In this document: positions 10,972 to 20,750 of the stretch, piece after piece
How the letters are laid out: each line of letters opens with the position of its first letter
Position numbering within the stretch: position 1 is the first letter of the stretch
Translations under genes and position numbers: made by a program
Notes under the pieces: generated by a model
Seen by the model: only the letters and a program-made list of their open reading frames with translations
The model's database searches: none
What the model was told of the DNA's origin: nothing
Virus record (IMG/VR): IMGVR_UViG_3300036783_000180
Span: 64,001 to 128,000 of that record
Strand: one strand, 5' to 3'
Source of the DNA: a virus
Taxonomy: Duplodnaviria > Caudoviricetes
DNA: 64,000 nucleotides

Positions 10972-11502
10972 TTATTTCTTACACCAACGATTTATTACAC
11001 CTTCAATAATTTTTACGTTTAACTCTAAATCATCAAGATCGTTATTAGGGATTAACATATCGTAATCGGTGAAGTTAGGGAATATCGCGCCATCATGCTT
11101 CACCCTTTCTCTTGCATGTTCCATGCTTCTCGTTCGAGCCATACGAGAAAAACAAATACGCGAAGGAACTTTTAAGAAAATAACATATAGGTTTCCTCTA
11201 CCTACTGTCGCTCTTAAATCCATTACTCCGTCTGGATCTACAACATACAAATCATTTGCTTCGACTTGTTCCATTGTCGCTCCATATTCATGACCAGCGA
11301 ACTCGGTATATGCAACCAAATCAAGGCGAATCTCTTCAAATTCTTCCTCTGTTACAAAAGTACGACTATCTTCGTCAGGAAAACGTCTTCCGCGTGTAGT
11401 GTAACTTTTTAATACATTGTACCCAAGATTTGTTATCCTATCCTCTAGCTCTGTTTTCCCACTTCCACTCGGTCCAACTAAACAAACAATTTTTCGAGAC
11501 AT
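10972..11502 (-). CDS. gmk: Guanylate kinase-like protein
   Basis: GPSGSGKT P-loop, SYTTR, EYG, VVDPDG. Confidence 0.85.
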   Translation of the reverse strand: MSRKIVCLVGPSGSGKTELEDRITNLGYNVLKSYTTRGRRFPDEDSRTFVTEEEFEEIRLDLVAYTEFAGHEYGATMEQVEANDLYVVDPDGVMDLRATVGRGNLYVIFLKVPSRICFSRMARTRSMEHARERVKHDGAIFPNFTDYDMLIPNNDLDDLELNVKIIEGVINRWCKK

Positions 11503-11581
11503 ACAAACACCCTTTCTCTATTTATCACTTTGCTTTTAACAATGCAAAAATTAAAATACCATTAAATAAAAATAACGAAGT

Positions 11582-12541
11582 CTAAGCTTCGTTATTTTTT
11601 CGGTATAAGTATAACTCAACATTGCCTAAACCGCGAACTTTATCTGTCCATTCGCCACGAGCACCCTCTACCGCTTCACGTACCATGTACATTTTCGCAT
11701 CCATGTTATCTAAGAAGTGCAAGAATACCGCTTCAGGCATTTGTGGTTTTTTCGGGCTACCCCACTCAGCCTTGTCATGATGACTCACAACTAAGTGCTG
11801 TAATGCTTCTTTTGTATCTTGCGGAGTATTATATTCTATCGATAGTTGTTCAATTAACATAACACCTTGTACGATGTGCCCTAACAACTTTCCGCCACTT
11901 GTATAGTTAGTAACACTACCATGTTCAGCGTCCGTTTCAGTTGTTTTTTCAATGTCGTGCAAGATAACACCTGCATATACTAGGTCTTTATTCAAGAACG
12001 GATATAAAGGTAATAGTGCATCAGCTAAACGTAACATAGATAATTCGTGGAATAATAACCCTCCGTAAATCGCATGGTGCATACCCATTGCAGCGGGATA
12101 TGTTTTTAAATCATGTTGTCGCTTCGTAACAGCTCCTGCCACAATACTACGAATGTTATCATCCTCAATATTTTTACCGAACTCAATCAATTCTTTAAAC
12201 ATATCGTCAATAGGAATTGGTGCTGATTTAATGAAATCAGCGATATTCATTTTACCCTTTGGTGCTGGTTCAATATGAGTGACCTTCAATTGAAGTTTTC
12301 CATCCCATTCATTACCTACACCAACTACACGCACAAATTTGTTTTCTAACATCGCTTTTTCGTTTTGAATTAAAGCAGCATCCCAAACTTTAGCTAAGAT
12401 TTCACCTGTACTATCTTGCAACCAAACATCAAAGTAATCAGTGTTCTTAGTTGTTTTTCCTCGTTCCAAACTCTTAATCATAAAGAATCCGTGAGCTTTT
12501 TGATTTAATTCAATATCTTTAACTTGATAATTCGCTTCCAT
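11582..12541 (-). CDS. yhaM: YhaM/Cbf1 3'-5' exoribonuclease (OB + HD)
   Basis: OB fold (LQDSTGEI..KVWD), PAA..MHHA..GGLLFH, ILHDIEK, SHH...WGSPK.P..PEA. Confidence 0.9.
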   Translation of the reverse strand: MEANYQVKDIELNQKAHGFFMIKSLERGKTTKNTDYFDVWLQDSTGEILAKVWDAALIQNEKAMLENKFVRVVGVGNEWDGKLQLKVTHIEPAPKGKMNIADFIKSAPIPIDDMFKELIEFGKNIEDDNIRSIVAGAVTKRQHDLKTYPAAMGMHHAIYGGLLFHELSMLRLADALLPLYPFLNKDLVYAGVILHDIEKTTETDAEHGSVTNYTSGGKLLGHIVQGVMLIEQLSIEYNTPQDTKEALQHLVVSHHDKAEWGSPKKPQMPEAVFLHFLDNMDAKMYMVREAVEGARGEWTDKVRGLGNVELYLYRKNNEA

Positions 12542-12552
12542 TTGATATCCCT

Positions 12553-12954
12553 CTATTTCTTGTTCTTTTTCTTCTTCTCAATCTTTACAAGTCTTACTGA
12601 TACGCCTTCTTTTTCATCTTCGTATTTATTCTTTTTATATTCATCAAAGCTATATTTACGCTCATCAATTTTCTTCATAATTACTTCCGGCTTAACGTTA
12701 TCCTCAGTAATATTTAATTGTTCCGCAACCGCTTCTTTATCCAATTTAACCGAGCGTCTATATGACTTTTCGATTTTAATATCTTTATCTTCAGTGTATG
12801 GATAGCGAACCACATCATCAGCGCTATCTTTCATTAGTTTTTCGATGATTTGTTTTTCTTGGTCAATTCGTACTCCCAAACTTTTCTTTTCTTCTGTCAT
12901 GTTAATTAATCTCTGAGCATGAAAATGTAATTTATCTTCTCCCACAAAAACCAC
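12553..12954 (-). CDS. Hypothetical protein
   Basis: ORF with RBS, first gene of the operon. Confidence 0.6.
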   Translation of the reverse strand: MVFVGEDKLHFHAQRLINMTEEKKSLGVRIDQEKQIIEKLMKDSADDVVRYPYTEDKDIKIEKSYRRSVKLDKEAVAEQLNITEDNVKPEVIMKKIDERKYSFDEYKKNKYEDEKEGVSVRLVKIEKKKKNKK

Positions 12955-13091
12955 CCTTTCAATTCGTCTGTAATTATCATACTATAAAGAAGTTCAAAGG
13001 TCTATAAATTTTTATTCATTTCTAGTTAGAAGGAAAATAGCAGATAAACAAACTCTTTTTACGAGGTGCCAACCAATAAAAATTAGGAGGA

Positions 13092-13460
13092 ATGTTTATG
13101 TTAGTTGCAATGACAACGCAAGAATCCACGGCATTTTTAATGCTAGCGGGATTCTTGCTTTCTTTTTATTTCTTAGTGATTAGAAAGGTCAACGCCAATC
13201 CAGTTATAGCAGAAGAGGTAGTAGAGGATATTAATTTCGAACACGCTCGCAAGCATAACGAGAGATTAAAACATCAACGTAAACAGACAGATGATTTAAA
13301 GGTGTCTATTTCCTTTCAGGAGGCTTCGAAAGAACCGACGAACACTATAACACCTATCAAGACTCCTAAGCATAAAATCGAGAACTACACACTTAAAGAG
13401 TACATCCAAGAAACTCGTAGATGCGAACAATTACTTTCATCATTAAGACACACTAGTTGA
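13092..13460 (+). CDS. Membrane-anchored hypothetical protein
   Basis: RBS AGGAGG; N-terminal TM helix. Confidence 0.65.
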   Translation: MFMLVAMTTQESTAFLMLAGFLLSFYFLVIRKVNANPVIAEEVVEDINFEHARKHNERLKHQRKQTDDLKVSISFQEASKEPTNTITPIKTPKHKIENYTLKEYIQETRRCEQLLSSLRHTS

Positions 13461-13523
13461 CGTGAGTAAACTTGGCACCTTGTAAAATTATCCAACACTT
13501 CTGTCATTGCGGCTAACTCTTAT

Positions 13524-13555
13524 AAACACAAGGCCTTCGGGCCTTGTGTTTTTTT
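13524..13555 (+). terminator. Intrinsic terminator (UUCG loop)
   Basis: AAACACAAGGCC-TTCG-GGCCTTGTGTTT + T tract. Confidence 0.85.
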
Positions 13556-13559
13556 CGTC

Positions 13560-13592
13560 AAAACTTGTTATAAGTAAAGTGAAGGAAGAATA
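13560..13592 (+). promoter_or_regulatory. Conserved motif AAAACTTGTTATAAGTAAAGTGAAGG, copy 1
   Basis: Near-identical copies at 16046, 16416 and 27923, each upstream of a plus-strand gene cassette. Confidence 0.7.
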
Positions 13593-13615
13593 TAAATGAA
13601 AAAGGAGAATTAGAA

Positions 13616-13840
13616 ATGAACAACACATTAAAGTTAGTAGGAAAAATCGGAGTAGGAATCGTAGGATACGTACTAGGAAGAAAAGTAATAATTAAAAGTG
13701 CAGATTATGCAGGACAAGCAATCATAGATTACATGGATAACAAAACAAAGAAAAGAGCGGAAGAACTAGCAAAGGAACAGGAAGAGTTAATTAAGGAACA
13801 CGAAGAAACAAAAGAAGATAACAAAACAGAAGCAATATAA
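13616..13840 (+). CDS. Small A-rich protein with Gly-rich hydrophobic N-terminus
   Basis: RBS AAGGAG. Confidence 0.7.
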   Translation: MNNTLKLVGKIGVGIVGYVLGRKVIIKSADYAGQAIIDYMDNKTKKRAEELAKEQEELIKEHEETKEDNKTEAI

Positions 13841-13921
13841 ATAGCAGTAACACATACGAGGAATCGTGTGTGTTATTTCACTTCCCAATAAATACAATCA
13901 GTAGAGAGAGGATAAAACAAC

Positions 13922-14560
13922 ATGTGTCAAAACCACAAAGAATTATACTTAAAAATGAAGGACGGGGAAAAAGAAACAGAGTTAAGAATCCCTTCATTCG
14001 ACGAACAAAACCAATTAGCAATCATACAAGGAGTATTTAACTTCTTTGATGTTCCTGTAGATTTTAAAGAAATGGCTGAAGTCGATATCAAAACAAGACA
14101 AGCCTATGCATCTTTCTACAACGGAAGACCAACAGAATTCACAGAGATAGGTGAGGATGTCGCATTAACAAAACCTACAACGGAATTCTCTATTAAAACC
14201 GAAGGTACAGAAGAAACATTGATTCAGGAGCAAGACCAGATACAGGAAGCGTACATTATCAAGGAAGAAGAAAAACATATCGAGGAAACAGAAAAGATAC
14301 AGGAAGAAAATGATTACATTATTACAGGAATAAAAACTATAGGCGGAAAGAAACGATATCGTTGTAGATACACTTGTCCGAAATGTGACCACAGATCAAA
14401 TCATTACGTTTTAGAAAACGAAAAAACATTATATTGTTACGAGTGCAAAAAGAAAATGGTTATAAAGACAGCAACTCCAGAGCCTTTTCCAACACAAGAT
14501 AAGTTCGGTAATTTCTTTATTGCAGGAAACAACAAACAAACAGAACCCAAGGAGGAATGA
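13922..14560 (+). CDS. Acidic protein with C-terminal Zn ribbon
   Basis: CPKC...CYEC. Confidence 0.7.
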   Translation: MCQNHKELYLKMKDGEKETELRIPSFDEQNQLAIIQGVFNFFDVPVDFKEMAEVDIKTRQAYASFYNGRPTEFTEIGEDVALTKPTTEFSIKTEGTEETLIQEQDQIQEAYIIKEEEKHIEETEKIQEENDYIITGIKTIGGKKRYRCRYTCPKCDHRSNHYVLENEKTLYCYECKKKMVIKTATPEPFPTQDKFGNFFIAGNNKQTEPKEE

Positions 14561-14563
14561 AAG

Positions 14564-14842
14564 ATGGATACATGTTTTTCGAGTCACGCATGGAATCAAT
14601 GTACAGAACGTTCAATTTTACCATTACAAGTTTCAAAGGCGATTAGTTCTTTGCAACGGAAATTAAGAGAATTAAACCCTAATGAAGAGTGTATGATAAT
14701 AGATCGGGATTCCGAAGCAAGTTATGTGTGTGCGGTTCAAGATACTGATACACCAGATAAGAAACAAGCTGTTGTAATTACAGTTATCGATAAGAAAGAA
14801 CCATTCGTAAAACATGGAACCAAGGTTCTGTATTGTGAATAA
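14564..14842 (+). CDS. DUF4258/BECR-fold-like small protein
   Basis: FSSHAWNQCTERSI...VVITVI pattern. Confidence 0.45.
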   Translation: MDTCFSSHAWNQCTERSILPLQVSKAISSLQRKLRELNPNEECMIIDRDSEASYVCAVQDTDTPDKKQAVVITVIDKKEPFVKHGTKVLYCE

Positions 14843-14878
14843 TAAAAGAGTAGCCCTTCGGGGGGCTACTCTTTTATT
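14841..14878. terminator. Bidirectional terminator between convergent genes
   Basis: AATAAAAGAGTAGCCC...GGGCTACTCTTTTATT. Confidence 0.85.
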
Positions 14879-15842
14879 TATTTCGTTTCATTTCTTCAGC
14901 TATTTTAATCAAACCAAAACTAATTTCATTCGCTTGTTGATTAAATCCCGGTTCCATTTGCGGAGGAACGTAAGGTGTAGGCATTTGAGGTTGTGGCATA
15001 TTATCCAACAATTGTTGGTCTTTCTTTTGTTGTTGCTCTTGCATCGCTTGTTGCGTACCAACTCCAACCAATCCGATGCCAGCAGTACCACGAGCCAGTC
15101 GTTGGTCCATTGTTTTTTGTTTTAAATTCTTCTCAGCAGCACGAACTTGATCATTGATTTTATTTGTAGTGTCCGATATTTTTTGACTCTCCTGTGTCAT
15201 ACGAAGAGTCTTTTCAGAAGAACGCCAGTTAGGATCTAACTTGTGAGCTGTATCGTAATAAGACCTTTGCGCTGCATCGAAACTCTTCACACCTTGTTGA
15301 TGTGTCGCACTAATATTTTTAATGTTAGCCAGTTCTTGCGTAGCCTTCTTTTTTCCTGTCCCTAATAGTCCAGCACCAAAACGTTTACCAACGTTAAGAA
15401 GACCACTTACAAAGGCTTTCTTAGGCATACCAACATTCAGTTTCTTTTCGTGCATTTCTTTATCCCAAGGACCATTCTTTTCAGTCACTTCACCAACGTA
15501 AGCTTTAATAGAATCTTCCCCTGCATGTTTGAATCCTAGTGTCCGGTGATAACCATCAGCTATTTTCAAAGTACCGTCAGGTAACTTAGTTAACACGACA
15601 GGTTCCATCGGTTTTCCATCTTTAACCGCTTGAGCAATACCTTTTACTTTATCCATTTCCCTAGCGCCACCCGGACGTTTTGCCATCTTAATATCAGCTA
15701 GAGGAACTGACTTTTGCAACGACCATTTTGCATCTTTTACCCATTGCAAACAATCAGTTGGATAATTCTCTTTCAAATAATCAAATACAGTTTGTGTTAT
15801 TTTCTGTTTTTGTTCTTCTGCAATCTTAATTAAACTCATCAT
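14874..15842 (-). CDS. ParB/Srx-domain protein with K-x-A motifs (probably packaged in the head)
   Basis: VPLADI...PVVL...IADGYHR; LIKIAEE at both ends, PKKAF. Confidence 0.6.
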   Translation of the reverse strand: MMSLIKIAEEQKQKITQTVFDYLKENYPTDCLQWVKDAKWSLQKSVPLADIKMAKRPGGAREMDKVKGIAQAVKDGKPMEPVVLTKLPDGTLKIADGYHRTLGFKHAGEDSIKAYVGEVTEKNGPWDKEMHEKKLNVGMPKKAFVSGLLNVGKRFGAGLLGTGKKKATQELANIKNISATHQQGVKSFDAAQRSYYDTAHKLDPNWRSSEKTLRMTQESQKISDTTNKINDQVRAAEKNLKQKTMDQRLARGTAGIGLVGVGTQQAMQEQQQKKDQQLLDNMPQPQMPTPYVPPQMEPGFNQQANEISFGLIKIAEEMKRNK

Positions 15843-15849
15843 CCACACC

Positions 15850-15993
15850 TCACTTAGATGGCACAACGACTGCATCTTTGTTAGCAGCAGCTATTTTTTG
15901 AGCTTCAACAAGCGGTAAGAATGATTCAATAACTTTCCCCTCTTTTACAACCTCATACATTTCTTGTTCTACTCCGTATTTCTCCATAGCCAT
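15850..15993 (-). CDS. 47-aa protein not in the ORF track (MAMEKYGVEQEMYEVV...)
   Basis: RBS GAAAGGGTG; its stop overlaps the RBS of the ParB-like gene. Confidence 0.6.
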   Translation of the reverse strand: MAMEKYGVEQEMYEVVKEGKVIESFLPLVEAQKIAAANKDAVVVPSK

Positions 15994-16045
15994 ATAAAAC
16001 ACCCTTTCTGTTAATGATTTATTTAAAGTATAACAGACACACGTT

Positions 16046-16072
16046 AAAAATAGTTATAAGTAAAATGAAAGG
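16046..16072 (+). promoter_or_regulatory. Conserved motif, copy 2 (AAAAATAGTTATAAGTAAAATGAAAGG)
   Basis: Matches copies 1, 3 and 4. Confidence 0.6.
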
Positions 16073-16082
16073 AGGGGAGAAT

Positions 16083-16403
16083 ATGGATTCCTTATTTTTA
16101 TTTTTTCTTTGCTATTGCGCTCTAGGAATATTGACAGTGAATTACATACCCAGGCAAATCGAAAAACGACTACAAGAAATATTGGTTGTGAAATCTACAC
16201 TTGTCATACAAATTAGATACGCAAAAGAATTGGATATATCCAATGAAGAAAGAAACAGGAAGATAAAGCACAAGGAGGAAATTTCAGAAGAAATAACGGC
16301 ATACAAATCTCTACTTAAAGACCTTGAAAGTAGCAAAACAATCTTCAAAATTTTTGTCTTTTGGTTTGTATATTTACCGAGAACTTTAGGTATAAAACAC
16401 TAG
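16083..16403 (+). CDS. Membrane protein
   Basis: RBS GGAGGGG before MDSLFLFF; hydrophobic ends. Confidence 0.65.
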   Translation: MDSLFLFFLCYCALGILTVNYIPRQIEKRLQEILVVKSTLVIQIRYAKELDISNEERNRKIKHKEEISEEITAYKSLLKDLESSKTIFKIFVFWFVYLPRTLGIKH

Positions 16404-16415
16404 TGTTTTATACCT

Positions 16416-16448
16416 AAAACTCGTTATAAGTAAAGTGAAGGAAGAATA
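16416..16448 (+). promoter_or_regulatory. Conserved motif, copy 3, overlapping the end of a perfect 34-bp palindrome (16385-16418)
   Basis: AAAACTCGTTATAAGTAAAGTGAAGGAAGAATA. Confidence 0.7.
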
Positions 16449-16470
16449 AAAATATGTAAGAAAAAGGAGA

Positions 16471-16836
16471 ATGAATAAAATGGCAGTAGGATTATTAACA
16501 GTAGCAGGATCGGTATACGTAGGAACAGGAATTTATAAAAGTGGAATGAAATTATATTCAGCATTAAATACTAAAAGAAATATCAAGTTAGCAGAATCAA
16601 AATTACAACAAATCGTAAATAGAACGAACGATATGGCAATTAGAGCAAGAGCACTAAAAGAAATGGATAGAACAATTCAAGAAGTAAAAGAAATATCATA
16701 TGACCCAGAATTTACACAGGAAGTATTATATGGAAGCGGAACAACAGCATTTATGAAAAACATCATAACATGGCCGGCATCAAAAGAAATGGTAGAAAAG
16801 ACAAAGGAATTTGCATACAAATACATTATTGCATAG
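16471..16836 (+). CDS. A-rich hypothetical protein with hydrophobic N-terminus
   Basis: ORF behind motif copy 3. Confidence 0.65.
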   Translation: MNKMAVGLLTVAGSVYVGTGIYKSGMKLYSALNTKRNIKLAESKLQQIVNRTNDMAIRARALKEMDRTIQEVKEISYDPEFTQEVLYGSGTTAFMKNIITWPASKEMVEKTKEFAYKYIIA

Positions 16837-16893
16837 AATAACGATAAACGTTATTCTATGCTTTTTTCGCATAAACCAAAAGGAGAGATTGAA

Positions 16894-17220
16894 ATGAATT
16901 TAAAAGAAGAAGCTTTACAGGCACTAAAATCAGATGAACAGATTGTGGCAACAGGAGTTAACTTAGAACTATTAGCAGATTTGATTGAACCTAAATTTGA
17001 ATCACCAGAAGGTTCTACTTCAGAACAAATTGAATTACAAAAAGAGAATCATCAAAAACTAATTAACTCTATTAAAGAAGCTTGGAATCCAAAATCATAT
17101 GCAGAGAACGCATATATGTTCATTACAAAAGTACAAATAGCTAAACAAGAAGGTCAAGATATTTCATGGTTAGATGCAATACCGAAATCAGAAGAGATTT
17201 TCAAAAACTTAAAACTATAG
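16894..17220 (+). CDS. Hypothetical protein
   Basis: RBS AAGGAGA before MNLKEEAL. Confidence 0.65.
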   Translation: MNLKEEALQALKSDEQIVATGVNLELLADLIEPKFESPEGSTSEQIELQKENHQKLINSIKEAWNPKSYAENAYMFITKVQIAKQEGQDISWLDAIPKSEEIFKNLKL

Positions 17221-17232
17221 GAGGTTCTTAAA

Positions 17233-17301
17233 GTGGGATGGATTATTTTTGGAGCAATTACAGGCGCAGTACTATTCACTCATCGCAAGAAAAACAAATA
17301 A
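17233..17301 (+). CDS. 22-aa hydrophobic peptide with basic tail (MGWIIFGAITGAVLFTHRKKNK)
   Basis: RBS AGGAGG, GTG start, followed by terminator 17298-17330. Confidence 0.5.
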   Translation: MGWIIFGAITGAVLFTHRKKNK

Positions 17302-17413
17302 TTGGCACCCTTCGGGGTGTCAATTATTTTTCCTCGAAATATCATTTACGATATACTATTCACTTCCTTGTGGTAAAATGAAGAAAGATTAAAATACAAA
17401 GGAGTGAATACAC

Positions 17414-18487
17414 ATGGCAAAACACCTTATTCCGAAAGACTTGGAAAACTTGCCTAATTTCCCAATCACACAAGATCAGTTACCACCCGGTAACCCAAAA
17501 TTAAATCATTGGTGGTTAGACCTTAGTACGACACCACACGCACTTTCCCGTTGGAATGGCATGAAATGGACTCCAATCGGTACTATCGGCGGTTCTGGTA
17601 ACGGAGGCGGCGGAATAGACACAGGTGCTCTTTATCAATTACAAGAGCGCATTTCTACAATCGACTCTCAAATCATCGTATTAAAGAACGATCTAGATTC
17701 TAAAGTGCCTCGTACACAATACGACGCAGAACGTGTTTCTACAGCAAACCGTATTTCTAACTTAGAATCTAAAGCTGTACAACATCTAGATATGATTAAC
17801 TTAAAGGTATCTCTAGTGGATTACCAACGAGATAAAACTAGCATCTTAGGTCGTTTAACAGCTTCAGAAGATAGAATCACTGAACACAACAACTTATTAG
17901 GAAATGTTGTACAACGTGACGTTATCATTACTACACTTAACCAATCGGCAGAAAAAGTTAAAATCAAAGGTGCTTTAGTTGACTTAACTGGACTTGTACG
18001 TCCAGAGGATTTAAAATCCACACAGTTAACAATTTCTCGTGCTGATGGTTATAACACAATCGACAAAGGTACTTTCAATTTACCGTTATACATCCCTGCC
18101 GCAGCGCCACCTAACATTTCGGATAACGTAGATATTGTAAAAGGTTTCTTCCGAACAACTTCTGCAAACAGAGAAGACGTACATGAATTAGTATTCCATC
18201 ACACTGCTCGTTACTTAAAAATCATTTTAGGTATGTATTCCGAAAATGGTGTTTCTGCAAGTATGGCAGCTGAAGAAGTTGACTCAAAAGGAACAAGAAC
18301 CGTTTTAGGTTCTAAAAACTCTGCAAACCCAAGCAAAGATTCTCCTGACGCTATAGATGGTCAAGTTTTAACAATCGACCTTGGTGCGCCGAAAGGCGTC
18401 CAAAAGAAAGTAGTCGTAACATTACGCTCTACCCTTGCAGGTAAAAATGCATACGGACGAGTTATTCAATCTTATTTAGAAGGCTAA
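17414..18487 (+). CDS. Tail fibre / receptor-binding paralogue 1
   Basis: Shared N-terminal WWLD...RWNG.KW module; coiled coil; C-terminus like paralogue 2 (..YLEG). Confidence 0.7.
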   Translation: MAKHLIPKDLENLPNFPITQDQLPPGNPKLNHWWLDLSTTPHALSRWNGMKWTPIGTIGGSGNGGGGIDTGALYQLQERISTIDSQIIVLKNDLDSKVPRTQYDAERVSTANRISNLESKAVQHLDMINLKVSLVDYQRDKTSILGRLTASEDRITEHNNLLGNVVQRDVIITTLNQSAEKVKIKGALVDLTGLVRPEDLKSTQLTISRADGYNTIDKGTFNLPLYIPAAAPPNISDNVDIVKGFFRTTSANREDVHELVFHHTARYLKIILGMYSENGVSASMAAEEVDSKGTRTVLGSKNSANPSKDSPDAIDGQVLTIDLGAPKGVQKKVVVTLRSTLAGKNAYGRVIQSYLEG

Positions 18488-18503
18488 GAAAGGACTGATC
18501 TGA

Positions 18504-20324
18504 ATGGCTAGACACATTCATTCGTTACTAGAGGATTTCCAAATCATTCACGATAAAGTTCCGCCAGCCAAACCGAGAGAAAACCTATGGTGGTGTGATA
18601 TTACCATCGAGCCTAACAGATTGTATCGTTGGGATGGAGCAAAATGGATTCCTCTAGGTTCAATCGCTGTCGGCGGTGGTAACGGTGTAGACGAAGAGAT
18701 TATCATTAGATTAGAAGATAAAATCAATAACCTACAATCTCAAATTACACTATCAGCAAAAGAAATTGCTACGAAAGTCAGCAAACAAGACTATGAAAAA
18801 GATATAAAAGGTGTTCTGCAACGTGTTACGTTAGCTGAAAGTTCTATCTCACAAACCGCTGAACAAATTAAATCTACCGTTTCCAAAGAAGTGTACGAAC
18901 GTGACCAACAAGGTGTATTACAACGTGTTAGTACGATGGAGAGCTCTATCTCACAGACCGCAGAAAGCATTAAATCTGTAGTAAAAAAAGACAACATTAT
19001 TTCCATGATTAATCAATCTGCTGAAAAAATACAAATTTCAGCAGATAAAATTTCATTCGAAGGTACAGCGATTTTTGATAACTTAGAAGGTGAAATCAAA
19101 GATCAAATGTACAAAATCGAACAAGCAGCTAACCAAGCAAAACAATTAGTTGATTTGTGGAAAGTTAGTGGTACAACTACAATTAACGGTGGTCTTATCG
19201 CATCCGATACAATTACTGCAAAAAGTTTAATGATTGGTAACTTTGAAAACTTATTCTCAAACGGTACATTAGAATTCGGTTCAAAAGGTTTCATCCTTCC
19301 TAGCCAAGCTAGAATTTTAGCAGAGAATCCTTATAGTGGTAAATACGCCATGAGGATAGGACTAAACGGTAATTTTATCGATGTAATGGATGAGAAACCT
19401 ATCAAAGTCAAAAACGGGGACAAATTCAAATACGAAGTCTACGCGCGCACAGATAAAAGCACTCTTTATGAACGAATATTCATAGCTAAGTTTTTCGATA
19501 GCAAAGGCGGTGTTACATTCCACATCGCTGCCGGAACAATTACGACTTCATACAAGAAATTCAGCGGAATATTCTCAGTTCCTGATGGTACCGTCGAAAT
19601 GACTATAGGTGTTGGAACGAGCCTTCCTTCAGGTACAACAAACTATGTTTACTTTGACAATTTGTACTGCCGCAGTATGTTAGATGGGGATACAATCATT
19701 GATGGTACTCTTTCATTTGATAAAGCAAGAGGTGGCAGCCTTATTTTAGGTGGATCAGACAACCAAAATGGAGCTATGATGATTCAAGACCAATATGGAA
19801 ACAATATTGTTTATGCAAACAAAAATGGAGTCAATATCCAAAATGGTAAATTAACTGTAGTTCGTCCCGATGGCGCTACTCTAATTCAAGACGGTATAAT
19901 GAAATATGACTTTACAGTTACTCCGCACCAACCTCCATTCCGAGGTGCAAATATCGGAATAGAAGGATGGGATTGGGTAACGACGAGCGGTTACACTGGA
20001 CCTAACGCACGTGATTACCAAGTTTGTGAGTTCTTCTCATTTAGACATACATCACGTTATATTAATTTCGAAATGGATTACAGAATGACTAAAGGTAATG
20101 GTGTATTGGTATTCACAAAAGCTGGTTACATCGATGAAAACAACAACGAGTTAACATTACGTTATATAGATTTCAAAAATACATCAGCATTACCACAAGG
20201 AACAGGTCATGTCATTTGCGACTTAGGAACACCTACTTATCAAAAGATGGGGATATATGTTGTCCTATACGCTTGGGACGGCAAAGCAAAAGCTCGTTGT
20301 ATTAGAGCATATTTGGAGGGATAA
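18504..20324 (+). CDS. Tail fibre paralogue 2 with CBM-like domain
   Basis: AESSISQTAEQIKSTV repeats; NLFSNGTLE carbohydrate-binding-like domain. Confidence 0.75.
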   Translation: MARHIHSLLEDFQIIHDKVPPAKPRENLWWCDITIEPNRLYRWDGAKWIPLGSIAVGGGNGVDEEIIIRLEDKINNLQSQITLSAKEIATKVSKQDYEKDIKGVLQRVTLAESSISQTAEQIKSTVSKEVYERDQQGVLQRVSTMESSISQTAESIKSVVKKDNIISMINQSAEKIQISADKISFEGTAIFDNLEGEIKDQMYKIEQAANQAKQLVDLWKVSGTTTINGGLIASDTITAKSLMIGNFENLFSNGTLEFGSKGFILPSQARILAENPYSGKYAMRIGLNGNFIDVMDEKPIKVKNGDKFKYEVYARTDKSTLYERIFIAKFFDSKGGVTFHIAAGTITTSYKKFSGIFSVPDGTVEMTIGVGTSLPSGTTNYVYFDNLYCRSMLDGDTIIDGTLSFDKARGGSLILGGSDNQNGAMMIQDQYGNNIVYANKNGVNIQNGKLTVVRPDGATLIQDGIMKYDFTVTPHQPPFRGANIGIEGWDWVTTSGYTGPNARDYQVCEFFSFRHTSRYINFEMDYRMTKGNGVLVFTKAGYIDENNNELTLRYIDFKNTSALPQGTGHVICDLGTPTYQKMGIYVVLYAWDGKAKARCIRAYLEG

Positions 20325-20328
20325 AAAA

Positions 20329-20667
20329 ATGAAAACAACAACTTCTTTAATGGTTGCCTTAGACGAAAACGGTCATATAATAGTAGCGCAACACGGTGAA
20401 CGTTTAGTTCTAACTCCTGGTTACAATTTAGTTTTGCATGATGTTGATATAGAGATTGCAAAAATGGCAACATTCTACAAAATTGAGATGGATGGTTTTA
20501 CACCTAAACTAGTTGCCTTAGATGGTGTAGAAATCCCTGAACAACCAGAACGTCCAAAACCACCTGTTCCTGTTGAAGAACAACTTAAAGAATTACGAGA
20601 GGAAAACCAATCTTTACAGATGGCTCTTCTCGATTTAACAGACATGTTTTATAGTTCCCAAAAATAA
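20329..20667 (+). CDS. Tail fibre assembly / XkdW-like protein
   Basis: RBS GGAGG; C-terminal VEEQLKEL...LQMALLDL coil. Confidence 0.55.
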   Translation: MKTTTSLMVALDENGHIIVAQHGERLVLTPGYNLVLHDVDIEIAKMATFYKIEMDGFTPKLVALDGVEIPEQPERPKPPVPVEEQLKELREENQSLQMALLDLTDMFYSSQK

Positions 20668-20676
20668 AATAGTAAC

Positions 20677-20710
20677 AAAAAGCGAGTGTGAATTTCACAC
20701 TCGCTTTTTT
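20677..20710 (+). terminator. Intrinsic terminator
   Basis: AAAAAGCGAGTGTGAA-T-TTCACACTCGCTTTTTT. Confidence 0.8.
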
Positions 20711-20750
20711 AATGATAAAATAGATTTATTACAACTAAGGAGTTGAAAAG

